Positions 37,135 through 47,660 of a stretch of DNA of 64,000 nucleotides are shown here, piece by piece. Within the stretch, counting starts at the first letter, position 1; each line of letters begins with the position of its first letter. The position numbers and the translations under genes were made by a program. The notes beneath the pieces were generated by a model. The model was not told the DNA's origin. It did not search any database and saw nothing but the letters and a program-made list of their open reading frames with translations. Source of the DNA: Saccharospirillaceae bacterium (lineage in GTDB: Bacteria > Pseudomonadota > Gammaproteobacteria > Pseudomonadales > Oceanobacteraceae); assembly GCA_022448365.1 (NCBI GenBank), contig JAKVCS010000004.1, forward strand, positions 544,458-608,457. The letters are read 5' to 3'.

Positions 37135-39108
37135 ATGAAGTTACCCAGTCTGAATGCCTTAACTGTTTCCCAGCTCAGATCCCCGGTCTGGGCCTACGAT
37201 GTGGTTGGTCAGAAAATGGTCTGGGCTAATGCATCTGCATTGGAATTATGGGACGCTGACAGCCTGGACGAGTTTTGTAACCGGGATTTTTCCAGTGATC
37301 AATCTCAGGCGGTACAGCAAACTCTGATGGGATATATGGAACGCTTTAACGTCGGTGAACACATCGACGTTTGGTGGGAAATACAACCAAAAGGGCAGAA
37401 AAAACGGGTTTTCTGTCGTTTGTCTGGCGTGATGGTCGAGCTGGAAGACGGTAGCGAGCGCATGGTGATGTTACTGGAAGGGCAGTTCTCACCGGAAATG
37501 CTCAGTGATGGTGGTATACCTTCGGCTGCCATGGCCGTTATTTTTGATGAAGACGGCAGCATCATCAGCGTTAATCCTCCGTTTATCGAACAGTTCGGTG
37601 ACAATATCGAAAACCTGCGCCAGGTTCTGGTTGACGACATCAGTGTCTGGTTCGTTAAAGTCATGAGTTCCAATGGCCGTGATATTGAGCTGAATACCCT
37701 CAAAGGGATGCGCTGGCATCACGCTGAAGTGAATATCCAGCATAAAATTTCTTCTTCACCTTGTTATGTCCTTACCCTGATTGATATTCAGGAACGTAAG
37801 CTGCGCGAAATTGAAACCGCTAATGAAGCCCGCTCCGACCTGTTAACCGGATTAATGAATCGTCGTGGTTTACTGCAATATATGTCGAGCCATCAGGGTA
37901 AAGAATATTCGCTGTTTTATATCGATTTGGATGGTTTTAAACCCATTAATGACAGTTACGGGCATAACGCCGGAGACGCATTGCTGCGCCGTCTGGCCAA
38001 TGTGTTGATGTCGCAGCCTGGTAAAAAAGTCTGTGCGCGCCTTGGTGGCGATGAATTTGTTGTGGTTTTTCTCGGTAAAAACAGTACTAAAGGTATTCTC
38101 GAAAAGGCACGACAGTTGTTATACGACTTATCACGTCCATTTGAAGTGGCCAGTGATTGTGTTGTCAGAGTGTCCGCCAGTATTGGTATTGCCTGTTCTC
38201 CGGAAGACTCGTCTGATATTTATGAATTGGTCGTTCAGGCGGATGCAGCAATGTACGAAGCGAAAAAACAGGGACGTAATCAGGCTGTGGTTTATCAACC
38301 GGGCATGGAATCGTATCTGCGACGTCGTACTGAAATTCTGCAGTATCTGGATGAAGCCATCAGTAATAATGAATTTGTTCTGCATTATCAGCCAATTATT
38401 AATGCTCAGAGTAATGAGACCGTAATGGTTGAAGCGCTATTACGCTGGCATCATCCAACATTAGGGCATTTGTCGCCGCTGGAATTTATTGCGGTAGCAG
38501 AAGACAGCGGTAAAATTGCGCGTCTGGAATCCTGGGTTATTCAACAAGTCTGCCGTGATCTGACGGATATTCGTCAGCGTTTTTCACCGCAGGCAAAAGT
38601 CACTATTAATATATCAGGCGCACACATGGTTCAGCCTGGTTTCATCGACAAACTGGTGGCGTTGTTAACTTCGTATAATTATCAGGCTGATGATGTGGTG
38701 CTGGAACTGACAGAGAGTGTACTGGTACCCGTTGTCGAAGAAAATAATCCTTGCCTGGATCAGCTGGTGGAAGCCGGGTTTAAACTGGCCATTGATGATT
38801 TCGGTACCGGCTATTCCTCGTTGGCTTATATCAGTCAGCTGCCAGCACATTACGTTAAAATTGATAAAGCGTTTATTGATCGTCTGCAGCAAGATCACAA
38901 TACACTGATTTTTATCCGCGATTTATGCGAGAAATTTAATATGCAGTGCATTGCTGAAGGTGTTGAGGTGATGGCTCAGAAAGATATTCTGAGTAGCACC
39001 AGCATTTTACTGCAGCAAGGGTATTTCTACGCTATGCCGCAGCCACTGGAGTCATTAACCTCGCTGGAAGCTACCCGTGCTGGTATCGAAGTGATCCATC
39101 ACCAATAA
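37135..39108 (+). CDS. Cytoplasmic PAS-like GGDEF-EAL c-di-GMP enzyme
   Basis: DLLTGLMNRR, DLDGFKPINDSYGH, RLGGDEF, VEALLRW and DDFGTGYSSL motifs. Confidence 0.92.
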   Translation: MKLPSLNALTVSQLRSPVWAYDVVGQKMVWANASALELWDADSLDEFCNRDFSSDQSQAVQQTLMGYMERFNVGEHIDVWWEIQPKGQKKRVFCRLSGVMVELEDGSERMVMLLEGQFSPEMLSDGGIPSAAMAVIFDEDGSIISVNPPFIEQFGDNIENLRQVLVDDISVWFVKVMSSNGRDIELNTLKGMRWHHAEVNIQHKISSSPCYVLTLIDIQERKLREIETANEARSDLLTGLMNRRGLLQYMSSHQGKEYSLFYIDLDGFKPINDSYGHNAGDALLRRLANVLMSQPGKKVCARLGGDEFVVVFLGKNSTKGILEKARQLLYDLSRPFEVASDCVVRVSASIGIACSPEDSSDIYELVVQADAAMYEAKKQGRNQAVVYQPGMESYLRRRTEILQYLDEAISNNEFVLHYQPIINAQSNETVMVEALLRWHHPTLGHLSPLEFIAVAEDSGKIARLESWVIQQVCRDLTDIRQRFSPQAKVTINISGAHMVQPGFIDKLVALLTSYNYQADDVVLELTESVLVPVVEENNPCLDQLVEAGFKLAIDDFGTGYSSLAYISQLPAHYVKIDKAFIDRLQQDHNTLIFIRDLCEKFNMQCIAEGVEVMAQKDILSSTSILLQQGYFYAMPQPLESLTSLEATRAGIEVIHHQ

Positions 39109-39115
39109 ATAGCTG

Positions 39116-39766
39116 TTACCACTCGATCCCTGCCTGAGCTTTTACTCCGGCCTTAAAGGCGTGCTTTTCCATTTTCATATCGGTAACTGTGTCGGCGTAT
39201 TCACGCAAAGCGCTCGGTGCACCGCGGCCGGTAAGAATCACGTTCTGATCCTTTGGACGGTTATCCAGAGCTTCCTTTAAGGTTTCCCAGTCGAGCAGCT
39301 TGTAAGCCAGCATATACGTAATTTCATCAAACATTACGGTGCGCAGTTGTGGATTTTCCAGCATGGCTTTGGCTTTGGGCCAAACGGTATCAAATGCCAG
39401 TTGATCGCGCTCTTTATCCTGAGTTTCCCAGGTGAAACCGGACCCCATGACCTCATGTTGCAGCCCATCCAGATTTTTCAGGATATTAGCTTCGCCGCAG
39501 TTCCAGGTGCCTTTAATAAATTGCACCAATCCGGCCTGGTAACCGTGTCCCAACGTCCGGATAACGGTACCGAAGCCCGAACTGCTTTTACCTTTACCGG
39601 TTCCGGTTAACACGATCACCACACCGCGCTCTTCCTGGGCGCGTTCGATGGCGGCATCTACTTTGGCTTTGTGGCGCGCCATTTTTTCTTTATGGCGCTG
39701 ATTTGCTATCTCTTTGTCGGTTAGTTGTTCAGCGGTCAACTTTTCGTTTTCTTGGCTCATGTTCAC
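39116..39766 (-). CDS. cobO: Cob(I)yrinic acid a,c-diamide adenosyltransferase (CobO/BtuR type)
   Basis: TGTGKGKSSSGFG, VQFIKG, DEITY, LTGR and KHAFKAGVKAQAGIEW motifs. Confidence 0.95.
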   Translation of the reverse strand: MNMSQENEKLTAEQLTDKEIANQRHKEKMARHKAKVDAAIERAQEERGVVIVLTGTGKGKSSSGFGTVIRTLGHGYQAGLVQFIKGTWNCGEANILKNLDGLQHEVMGSGFTWETQDKERDQLAFDTVWPKAKAMLENPQLRTVMFDEITYMLAYKLLDWETLKEALDNRPKDQNVILTGRGAPSALREYADTVTDMKMEKHAFKAGVKAQAGIEW

Positions 39767-39891
39767 TTCACAGTCGTTCCCCAGATCCTTTGACTATACT
39801 GGATTAAGGAACAGTTCTCACTCACCAACGACTTTGCAGTGTTTGAGCAATCAGGTACTCAGTAATAACCGATAAACTCCGGGAGCCTTTA

Positions 39892-42585
39892 ATGGACGAG
39901 AATCCGCTGGATAATGCCCAAACTGTTGATATCGATCCGCAGGAAACCAAAGAGTGGCAGGATGCTATTCACTCTGTCATCCGTGCTGAAGGTGTCGAAC
40001 GGGCGCATTATCTGATTGAGCGTATTGCCGAACGGGCAACGAAAAGCGGCATGCCATTGCCATATGCGTTAAATACCCCTTATCGCAATACGATTTCACC
40101 GGAAAATGAAGCCCCGATGTCGGGCGATTTATTTATGGAACGGCGCATCCGCTCGCTGGTGCGTTGGAATGCACTGGCGATGGTACTGAGAGCAAATAAG
40201 GAAGGAGGTGGTGATCTGGGAGGTCATATTTCCAGTTTTGCTTCCAGTGCAACGTTATACGATGTGGGTTTTAACCATTTTTTTCGGGCGCCGAATTCAG
40301 CCAATGAGGACTGTCCTCACGGTGATCTGCTGTACTACCAGGGTCACGTTGCACCGGGTATTTACGCTCGTTCGTATCTGGAAGGCCGTTTTCAGGAATC
40401 CGATCTTGAGCGTTTTCGTCAGGAGGCGCTGGGTCCGGGGTTATCTTCCTACCCTCATCCGAAACTGATGCCGGATTATTGGCAATTTCCGACGGTATCC
40501 ATGGGGTTAGGGCCTTTGCAGGCGATTTATCAGGCGCATTTTATGCGTTATTTATCGGCCCGCGAGCTGGTACCACGAAAAGATCGTAAAGTCTGGGCCT
40601 TCCTCGGTGATGGTGAGTGTGACGAACCGGAAACACTTGGAGCGATTGGTCTTGCGGGTCGTGAAAAACTGGAAAACCTGATCTTTGTCATTAACTGTAA
40701 TTTGCAACGCCTGGATGGCCCGGTGCGGGGCAATGGCAAGATTATTCAAGAGCTGGAAAGTCAGTTCCGGGGCGCCGGCTGGAATGTCATTAAAGTGGTA
40801 TGGGGTCGTTTCTGGGATCCATTACTGGCAAAAGATCGCAAAGGACTATTGCAGAAGCGAATGGATGAAACCGTCGATGGTGAATTTCAGAATTACAAAG
40901 CCAAAGGTGGAAAATACACACGTGAGCATTTCTTTGAAGCCTATCCTGAATTAAAAGAAATTATTAAAGATTTGTCCGATGACGATATTTATAAATTAAA
41001 TCGTGGTGGTCACGACCCTTACAAAGTATTTGCGGCGTACCAGGCGGCTATGAACCATAAGGGGCAGCCAACGGTTATTCTTGCGCATACCGTAAAAGGT
41101 TATGGTATGGGAGCAGAAGCTGAAGGACAGAACCAAGCGCATCAGGTAAAAAAACTGGATATCGAAAGTATTCGCGCATTCCGTGATCGTTTTGATATTC
41201 CGGTGCGTGATGAAGATCTGGAACATCTGCCTTTTTATCGCCCTCCTGCAGACAGCCCTGAGCTGCAATATATGCGTAAGCAGCGGGAAAAACTGGGTGG
41301 TTTTTTACCACAGCGCAATGAAAACTGGACCGCACTGACCGCACCGGATTTAGCATTCTTCAAAGCACAAACCGATGGTACGGGAGAACGCGAAATTTCG
41401 ACCACCATGGCATTTGTGCGCATCATGTCACAGTTGATTAAAGACAAAACCATGGGGGATCGAGTCGTCCCGATTGTGCCGGATGAAGCACGAACCTTTG
41501 GTATGGAAGGTATGTTCCGCCAGTTGGGTATATATTCCTCGGAAGGTCAATTGTATGAGCCGGTTGATCAGGGTCAGGTAATGTATTACCGCGAAGATAA
41601 AAAAGGTCGGATTCTGGAGGAAGGCATCAACGAAGCAGGCGCATTTTCTGCCTGGATGGCTGCGGGAAGTTCATACAGCACTAACGGCCTGGCGATGATA
41701 CCGTTTTATATTTATTACTCCATGTTTGGTTTCCAGCGAGTTGGAGACCTGGCCTGGGCAGCCGGTGATATGCAATGTCAGGGCTTCTTAATTGGTGCTA
41801 CTTCCGGGCGTACCACATTGAATGGTGAAGGCTTACAACACCAGGACGGTCACTCCCATATTCTCGCCTCAACCATTCCTAATTGTGTGTCTTACGACCC
41901 AACCTATGCCTACGAGTTGGCGGTAATTATTCAGGATGGTTTAAAGCGGATGTATGAGAAGAAAGAAAAAGTCTTTTATTACATCACCAGTCTGAACGAG
42001 AACTATGCACACCCGGCAATGCCTGACGGTGTGGAAGAAGGCATTCGCCGTGGTATTTATCGCCTAAAAGCCAACACTCAGTCTGGTCCGAAAATTCAGC
42101 TATTGGGCTGCGGTTCGATTTTACGTCAGGTCGAAACAGCGGCGGAATGGTTGGCCGATCAAGGTATCAGTGCAGATGTCTGGAGTGTCACGTCATTTAA
42201 TGAATTACGTCGTGATGGTCTGGCTTGTGAGCGTCAGGAATATCTATCCGCGGGGGATCAGCAGGTACAACCGTATGTTACCCGGCAGTTAGCGGCTTCC
42301 AGTGGTCCTATCCTGGCAACCACGGATCATATGAAAGCATATGCTGAACAAATTCGTCCGTTTATTCCTGAAGGTCGTCGTTATCGTTGTTTAGGCACCG
42401 ATGGCTTTGGCCGTAGTGATTCACGCGAAAACCTGCGTCGTTTCTTTGAGGTTGACTGGCAACATGTGGCCTGGGCGGCGGGTTTTGAACTGCTGAAGCA
42501 GGGCGATCTGAAGCCGACTGAACTGGAACAATGGCGCACAGCGCTCAACATCGATGCCAGCAAACCCGATCCGCTTTACTCGTAA
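39892..42585 (+). CDS. aceE: Pyruvate dehydrogenase E1, homodimeric type
   Basis: DIDPQETKEW, GGHISSFAS, FPTVSMGLGP, GDGECDEPE, NCNLQRLDGPVRGN and EGLQHQDG motifs. Confidence 0.98.
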   Translation: MDENPLDNAQTVDIDPQETKEWQDAIHSVIRAEGVERAHYLIERIAERATKSGMPLPYALNTPYRNTISPENEAPMSGDLFMERRIRSLVRWNALAMVLRANKEGGGDLGGHISSFASSATLYDVGFNHFFRAPNSANEDCPHGDLLYYQGHVAPGIYARSYLEGRFQESDLERFRQEALGPGLSSYPHPKLMPDYWQFPTVSMGLGPLQAIYQAHFMRYLSARELVPRKDRKVWAFLGDGECDEPETLGAIGLAGREKLENLIFVINCNLQRLDGPVRGNGKIIQELESQFRGAGWNVIKVVWGRFWDPLLAKDRKGLLQKRMDETVDGEFQNYKAKGGKYTREHFFEAYPELKEIIKDLSDDDIYKLNRGGHDPYKVFAAYQAAMNHKGQPTVILAHTVKGYGMGAEAEGQNQAHQVKKLDIESIRAFRDRFDIPVRDEDLEHLPFYRPPADSPELQYMRKQREKLGGFLPQRNENWTALTAPDLAFFKAQTDGTGEREISTTMAFVRIMSQLIKDKTMGDRVVPIVPDEARTFGMEGMFRQLGIYSSEGQLYEPVDQGQVMYYREDKKGRILEEGINEAGAFSAWMAAGSSYSTNGLAMIPFYIYYSMFGFQRVGDLAWAAGDMQCQGFLIGATSGRTTLNGEGLQHQDGHSHILASTIPNCVSYDPTYAYELAVIIQDGLKRMYEKKEKVFYYITSLNENYAHPAMPDGVEEGIRRGIYRLKANTQSGPKIQLLGCGSILRQVETAAEWLADQGISADVWSVTSFNELRRDGLACERQEYLSAGDQQVQPYVTRQLAASSGPILATTDHMKAYAEQIRPFIPEGRRYRCLGTDGFGRSDSRENLRRFFEVDWQHVAWAAGFELLKQGDLKPTELEQWRTALNIDASKPDPLYS

Positions 42586-42628
42586 TAAGCGTACTCATAA
42601 CCAGGCAGGGTAGTAAGGAGAAATACGT

Positions 42629-44248
42629 ATGAGCAAAGAGTTCCGAATTCCGGATTTGGGCGGGGCGGGCGACGTTGAAGTGATCGAGATTTCCGTCGCA
42701 GTGGGCGATCAGATCGAAGCGGAACAAACTTTACTGGTGCTTGAAACAGACAAAGCCAGTATGGAAATCCCAGCGGAAGATGCCGGTCGGGTAGAAGCTA
42801 TAAAGATCGCGGTTGGTGATAAAGTTAATGAAGGCGATGTATTTATCAGCATTGTATCCCGCTCTGACAATTCATCTGTCGAGGCCACAGTCGCGGAAGT
42901 CGAAACAACGGAGGTTACGGTTCCTGCGTCGGAAAGTCAGACGAATAGGGTGACTGAACGTACTGAAAAAGCCATTGTTATTCCGGATCTGGGAGGGAGT
43001 GAAGGCGTAGAAGTGATCGAAGTGAATGCCGTGGTTGGAGATCAGGTAGAGGAGGAGCAAACCATCCTGGTGCTGGAAAGCGATAAAGCAACCCTGGAAA
43101 TTCCAGCTGGCGAAGCCGGTGAGATTACTTCTCTGGCTGTTGTCGTGGGTGACAAGGTGAGCGAAGGGGATGCAATGCTGACTCTGCGGTTGGCGGCAAG
43201 CTCAGACGACCATACGTCCGACGATGTTTCGTCTCCACAGGACCTCGCCTCAAAGAACAGCAACCATGTAACGTTACACACTGAAACACCGAAAACACCT
43301 GTCAATCCTGACCCAAATTCAGTAGTGCAGCCGCCACCGACGCGGGTCTCTGGCCAGGTGCATGCAGGGCCTGCTGTGAGAAAACTGGCGCGGGAATTCG
43401 GTGTCGAGCTGTCAGAAGTCAATGCCAGTGGTCGTAAGGGACGTATCACCAAGGATGATGTTCAGCAGTTTGTTAAGCAACGTATTAACGCCCCTCATAG
43501 CGCTGCAGGGGGAGGAATTCCGGCCATACCAGAGATCGATTTCTCCAGATTTGGTGCTGTATCGACCGAACCTCTGAATAATATTAAACGGGCGACAAGC
43601 AAAGCAATGACGGCTGCCTGGCTGAATGTACCCCAGGTTACCCAGTTTGATCTGGCCGATATTACTGACCTTGAAAGCTATCGTAAGACCCAGAACACAC
43701 GGTACCTCAGCCAAGGTTTACGTTTCTCTGTCGTGCCGTTTGTATTGAAAGCTCTGGCTAAGGTTTTACGGGAATTTCCACAATTTGCTTCGTCACTGAG
43801 TCGTGACGGCGAGTCTTTGATCTTAAAAGACTATGTTCATATTGGTGTGGCCGTTGATACGCCAAAAGGATTACTGGTGCCTGTAATTCGTGACGTTGAT
43901 CAACTTTCTGTTACAGAAATCACACAGCAGATTAATGAAAAAGCGCAAAATGCCCGTGATGGTAAGCTAACCTTATTAGATATGCAGGGTGGCTGTTTCA
44001 GTCTATCGAGTCTGGGTGGCATTGGTGGTACTGCATTCACGCCGATTGTGAACCCACCGGAAGTGGCTATTCTTGGACTATCGAAATCTGAAATGAAGCC
44101 GATATGGAATGGACAGGAGTTTGTTCCGAGACTGATGTTGCCACTCTCTTTATCGTATGACCACCGGGTAATTGACGGGGCAGAAGCGGCCAGATTCAGC
44201 CAACGTTTGGTTGACTGCCTGCAAGATTTAAGAAACGTGCTGATGTAA
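42629..44248 (+). CDS. aceF: Pyruvate dehydrogenase E2 dihydrolipoamide acetyltransferase (two lipoyl domains)
   Basis: ETDKASME and ESDKATLE lipoyl sites, HAGPAVRKLARE binding domain and SYDHRVIDG catalytic motif. Confidence 0.98.
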   Translation: MSKEFRIPDLGGAGDVEVIEISVAVGDQIEAEQTLLVLETDKASMEIPAEDAGRVEAIKIAVGDKVNEGDVFISIVSRSDNSSVEATVAEVETTEVTVPASESQTNRVTERTEKAIVIPDLGGSEGVEVIEVNAVVGDQVEEEQTILVLESDKATLEIPAGEAGEITSLAVVVGDKVSEGDAMLTLRLAASSDDHTSDDVSSPQDLASKNSNHVTLHTETPKTPVNPDPNSVVQPPPTRVSGQVHAGPAVRKLAREFGVELSEVNASGRKGRITKDDVQQFVKQRINAPHSAAGGGIPAIPEIDFSRFGAVSTEPLNNIKRATSKAMTAAWLNVPQVTQFDLADITDLESYRKTQNTRYLSQGLRFSVVPFVLKALAKVLREFPQFASSLSRDGESLILKDYVHIGVAVDTPKGLLVPVIRDVDQLSVTEITQQINEKAQNARDGKLTLLDMQGGCFSLSSLGGIGGTAFTPIVNPPEVAILGLSKSEMKPIWNGQEFVPRLMLPLSLSYDHRVIDGAEAARFSQRLVDCLQDLRNVLM

Positions 44249-44305
44249 TCGTGATTAGTGGGTTGCATGCAGCCGACTATAAAAATACAAGGGGTTTAAT
44301 CGCTC

Positions 44306-46327
44306 ATGTTAAAGGCTCTTATGTGGCCAGCTATTAAATTTATGGGGCGACTCAATTACGCCGCTAAATTTGGCCTGATTAGTTTTCTGTTTACTTTGCC
44401 GTTGGTGGTGCTTAGTGGACAGGTATTTTTGTCAGCTTTTGAAACAGTGAAAAAAACCGAGTATGAACTATCCGCCATCGGCACCATTGGAGAACTGATA
44501 GAGTTCTCTCATGATCTTGAACTCTATCGTGATCAGGCGTCGGTGTTACCTTTTATGAGTAATGCTGAGCTTGAACAAAAAATGTCCCGCCACAAAGACG
44601 GCATTGAAATTCAGCTGAAGCGCTTGATTGATAACAGTCAAACAGAGGCGCTGCGTGAAAACCTGGAAGCATGGCGTCGTGATTATGGCATTCGATTAAG
44701 TATTGTTGGAGAAAACCGGCAATCGGTTTACGCCGATCAATTACAGCATTACCAGACGGCCGTTGACGAATTTCAATCGTTAATTCGTCAATACAGCCAG
44801 GCCAGCGGCGTGAGTTTAGATCCTGATTTCGAAATTCAGGGGCTGGTATCCATCTTGTTAAATGATATGCCACAAGTGATTGAAGCTGCGGGGACTGCCC
44901 GTGCGATTGGTACATACGGGATGATTGAGAAGTACATTAAGTCCACCACCTTCGACTTATTAAACGATGCTTACGATGCCTTAATTTCTGCGGAAGCTGT
45001 TATGGCGGTTGTTGTTGCCGCTTCTAATGAAGCGGGTTTTTCTAAGCTTGGGGAAGCGGCTTATGCAGCAAATAACTCCCTGGAGAATATCCGCATCAAA
45101 CTCGACGACGAGGCCATCTCTGCTGTTTCTGTGGAAATGACATGGCAGGAGTATGATAAGTTTTTTGAGACGGAGATGAATCAATTACAGAATATCGAAG
45201 CCAAGATTCTACCACTGATTGCCGAAAAGCTGCGGGAACGTCTGCAAACTCAACAAAGTAAAGTGCGTAATTTTCTAATTGTTATTGCGGTTGTACTGTC
45301 CATTATTGCATACCTGTATCTCGCATTTTTCATGTCGATCCGATTCACAATTAAACGTTTTTCGAAAACGGCAAGCTCCATTGCAGAGGGTAATCTGACT
45401 CAGGAGATCAGATTCCAGGGGCAGGACGAGATGGGTCAATTACGCGACTCATTTAACGGCATGGTGTCGAATATCCGTACGACATTGGCAGCCGTTAAGG
45501 AATCGGCTACTGCAGTTACCAACAACGTCAACGACGTTGAAGGCATTGCCCAGCGCAGTCGTCAGGCCGTGCAGAACCAGCTTGATCAGACGCATGAGGT
45601 TTCTGATGCGTTGGGAGCAATGGTTGATCGTGCAGTAATGGTTACGGAACTGGCAGAGGCTGCCGAAGAGGCAGCAAGAACGGGCCAGGTGAAATCGGAT
45701 GAAGCAGGTCAGGTGGTTACTCATGTGATGGGAGAGGTCAGACGTCTGTCACAGGAAATGGAGAACTCGATGGAGGCAGTCAATCGATTGGCTGAAAATT
45801 CAACGAGTATTTCCAGCATTCTTGAAACGATAAAAGGTATTGCAGAACAAACGAATCTGTTAGCACTCAATGCTGCAATTGAAGCTGCAAGAGCGGGTGA
45901 GCAGGGCCGTGGTTTCGCGGTCGTTGCAGACGAAGTTCGCACGCTCGCGAGTCGTACTCAAGGCTCAGCGCAAGAAATTGAGGGCCTCATCAGCGACGTT
46001 CAGCAGAATATTGTCAGCGCTGTTGATACCATGAAGGTGAATCGCGATATGGTTGAAACAACCGTAACCAATTCAGAGCAAGTGGGAGTTACCTTATCTG
46101 AAATTCAGACAAGCATGGGCGATATACAGTCGAAAACCAATGATATTGTAGTGACCGCCGGAGAACAGAAGAATAATGCCAGTGCTTTGGAAACCAATCT
46201 GGATGCCATTCGACTGAGTGGCGAGGAAACCTCAGCCAATGCCGAAGGCACCGTGGATGCGGTACGCAAAGCGCAAGCAATTACGGATTCCCTATCGCAA
46301 CGGGTCGAACAATTTAAGGTACAGTAA
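44306..46327 (+). CDS. Methyl-accepting chemotaxis protein
   Basis: Two TM helices, a HAMP domain ([11 protein letters not shown]) and [34 protein letters not shown]. Confidence 0.97.
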   Translation: MLKALMWPAIKFMGRLNYAAKFGLISFLFTLPLVVLSGQVFLSAFETVKKTEYELSAIGTIGELIEFSHDLELYRDQASVLPFMSNAELEQKMSRHKDGIEIQLKRLIDNSQTEALRENLEAWRRDYGIRLSIVGENRQSVYADQLQHYQTAVDEFQSLIRQYSQASGVSLDPDFEIQGLVSILLNDMPQVIEAAGTARAIGTYGMIEKYIKSTTFDLLNDAYDALISAEAVMAVVVAASNEAGFSKLGEAAYAANNSLENIRIKLDDEAISAVSVEMTWQEYDKFFETEMNQLQNIEAKILPLIAEKLRERLQTQQSKVRNFLIVIAVVLSIIAYLYLAFFMSIRFTIKRFSKTASSIAEGNLTQEIRFQGQDEMGQLRDSFNGMVSNIRTTLAAVKESATAVTNNVNDVEGIAQRSRQAVQNQLDQTHEVSDALGAMVDRAVMVTELAEAAEEAARTGQVKSDEAGQVVTHVMGEVRRLSQEMENSMEAVNRLAENSTSISSILETIKGIAEQTNLLALNAAIEAARAGEQGRGFAVVADEVRTLASRTQGSAQEIEGLISDVQQNIVSAVDTMKVNRDMVETTVTNSEQVGVTLSEIQTSMGDIQSKTNDIVVTAGEQKNNASALETNLDAIRLSGEETSANAEGTVDAVRKAQAITDSLSQRVEQFKVQ

Positions 46328-46349
46328 TCGGGTACAGTGACGGACAGAT

Positions 46350-46381
46350 AAAAAAAGAGCGACTAATGGGTCGCTCTTTTT
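46350..46381. terminator. Bidirectional Rho-independent terminator
   Basis: AAAAAAAGAGCGAC-taatgg-GTCGCTCTTTTT between the convergent MCP and cbiX genes. Confidence 0.9.
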
Positions 46382-46413
46382 ATTGGGTCTTGCATTATAA
46401 CCGCTATCCGGGT

Positions 46414-47610
46414 TTAACGGCGTTTACAGGTGGGGACTCTGTCTTGTTCTGCTTTAATCGCCTTCTCCTCATCAATAACGTGTTGTGGAAACTGACGCAT
46501 AAAACAACAGCAGATATTGTCATTAATCATCGTGCGTGGCCCATGTGGATGAGCAATGTGTTTGTAGGGAGCATGGTGGTGACCATGATCGTGTGAATGG
46601 TCGTGTGAATGATCGTGTGAATGATCGTGTGAATGGTCGTTTGAATGGTCGTTTGAATGGTCGTTTGAATGGTCGTTTGAATGGTCGTTTGAATGGTCGT
46701 GTGAATGGTCAGGTTGGAATTCTGCGTGGTGATGATGGACATCCACTTCACCTGCGGCCAAACGCCTTTCAAAGTCTTCCATCAGGGTTAGCTGTCCAGT
46801 GTGGTTTTGTGCCTGATGCTGAATCTCACTGATACGGGTAATGAAGGTATTCAGTACGTGAGACTGATCTCTCAGATAGTCAGCCTTAATAAACTGTACA
46901 TCCGGTTGCTGTTCGGCAACGCTATCGACATAAGCGTAAATCCGGTCGATCAGGCGTCCGCCAAACAGGAAGTAAGGCGCGACCACCACTTTCTTAAAAC
47001 CAAGCTTACACGCCATTTCGAGTCCACGTCCTACGCTGGGATAGGTGACCCCGGAATAAACCGTTTCCGACCACCCAAAGCCGAGATTTTCGCTGACCAT
47101 GCGGGTTAATTTAGCGGCTTCAGCGTTGGCCTCGGTGACCGAAGTTCCACGGCCGACAACAATCAGCATGGTGTCGTACAAACTACCGGCTTCCGGAATT
47201 TGATCGTAGCCGAGTGATTCAAGGATACGTTGCTGAAAGGCAAGAAGCATTTCATTGTGTAATCCCAGCTCACGGCCATATTCGATATTCAGGTTTGGGT
47301 ATTTCTGTTGGTAGGTAGTCAGTACAGAGGGAATATCATTTTTTGCATGCGTGGCTGCAAACAGCATTCCCGGGACAGCCAGAATATTTTCAACACCTTG
47401 TTCACGCAGACGATCCAGCGCCATATGAATATTGGGTGCAGAATATTCAAGGAAACCGTATTCGATTTTTAGCAGCGGGAAGCGCTGGCGTAATCCTTTA
47501 GCCAACAAGCTGAATTCTTCCTCGGCAATCTTTGCTCGACTGCCGTGACCACAGATAAGTACACCACTGCGTTCAGGTAATTGGCTTAATAGTTGATTGT
47601 AATCTTTCAT
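46414..47610 (-). CDS. cbiX: Two-domain sirohydrochlorin cobaltochelatase with His-rich tail
   Basis: ICGHGSR, GFLEYSAP, LFAATHAKNDIP, VVGRGTS and PYFLFGG motifs, then the (DHSH/DHSN) tail. Confidence 0.92.
   Translation of the reverse strand: MKDYNQLLSQLPERSGVLICGHGSRAKIAEEEFSLLAKGLRQRFPLLKIEYGFLEYSAPNIHMALDRLREQGVENILAVPGMLFAATHAKNDIPSVLTTYQQKYPNLNIEYGRELGLHNEMLLAFQQRILESLGYDQIPEAGSLYDTMLIVVGRGTSVTEANAEAAKLTRMVSENLGFGWSETVYSGVTYPSVGRGLEMACKLGFKKVVVAPYFLFGGRLIDRIYAYVDSVAEQQPDVQFIKADYLRDQSHVLNTFITRISEIQHQAQNHTGQLTLMEDFERRLAAGEVDVHHHHAEFQPDHSHDHSNDHSNDHSNDHSNDHSNDHSHDHSHDHSHDHSHDHGHHHAPYKHIAHPHGPRTMINDNICCCFMRQFPQHVIDEEKAIKAEQDRVPTCKRR
46585..46710. repeat. 12-bp tandem repeat, ~10.5 copies, inside cbiX
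   Basis: Units ATG(A/G)TCGT(G/T)TGA encoding DHSH (x5) and DHSN (x5) on the minus strand. Confidence 0.97.
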
Positions 47611-47660
47611 GAGGTGATCTCAGTCGTTTATTCGTCTTATATGTTCGCGAATTATTATTT

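Noticed and set aside
39767-39891. Second cobalamin riboswitch upstream of cobO
   Set aside because: None of the conserved blocks (GGGAA, GCCCCCGC, GCCACTG) is present and the gap is short.
46585-46710. Possible CRISPR array
   Set aside because: Units are 12 bp, contiguous, without spacers and in-frame within a gene; no cas genes are present.
46527-46832. Alternative-frame ORFs with TIQT/TIIH and NGRL/NDRV repeats
   Set aside because: They are stop-free by-products of the 12-bp repeat inside cbiX, with no RBS or independent domain.
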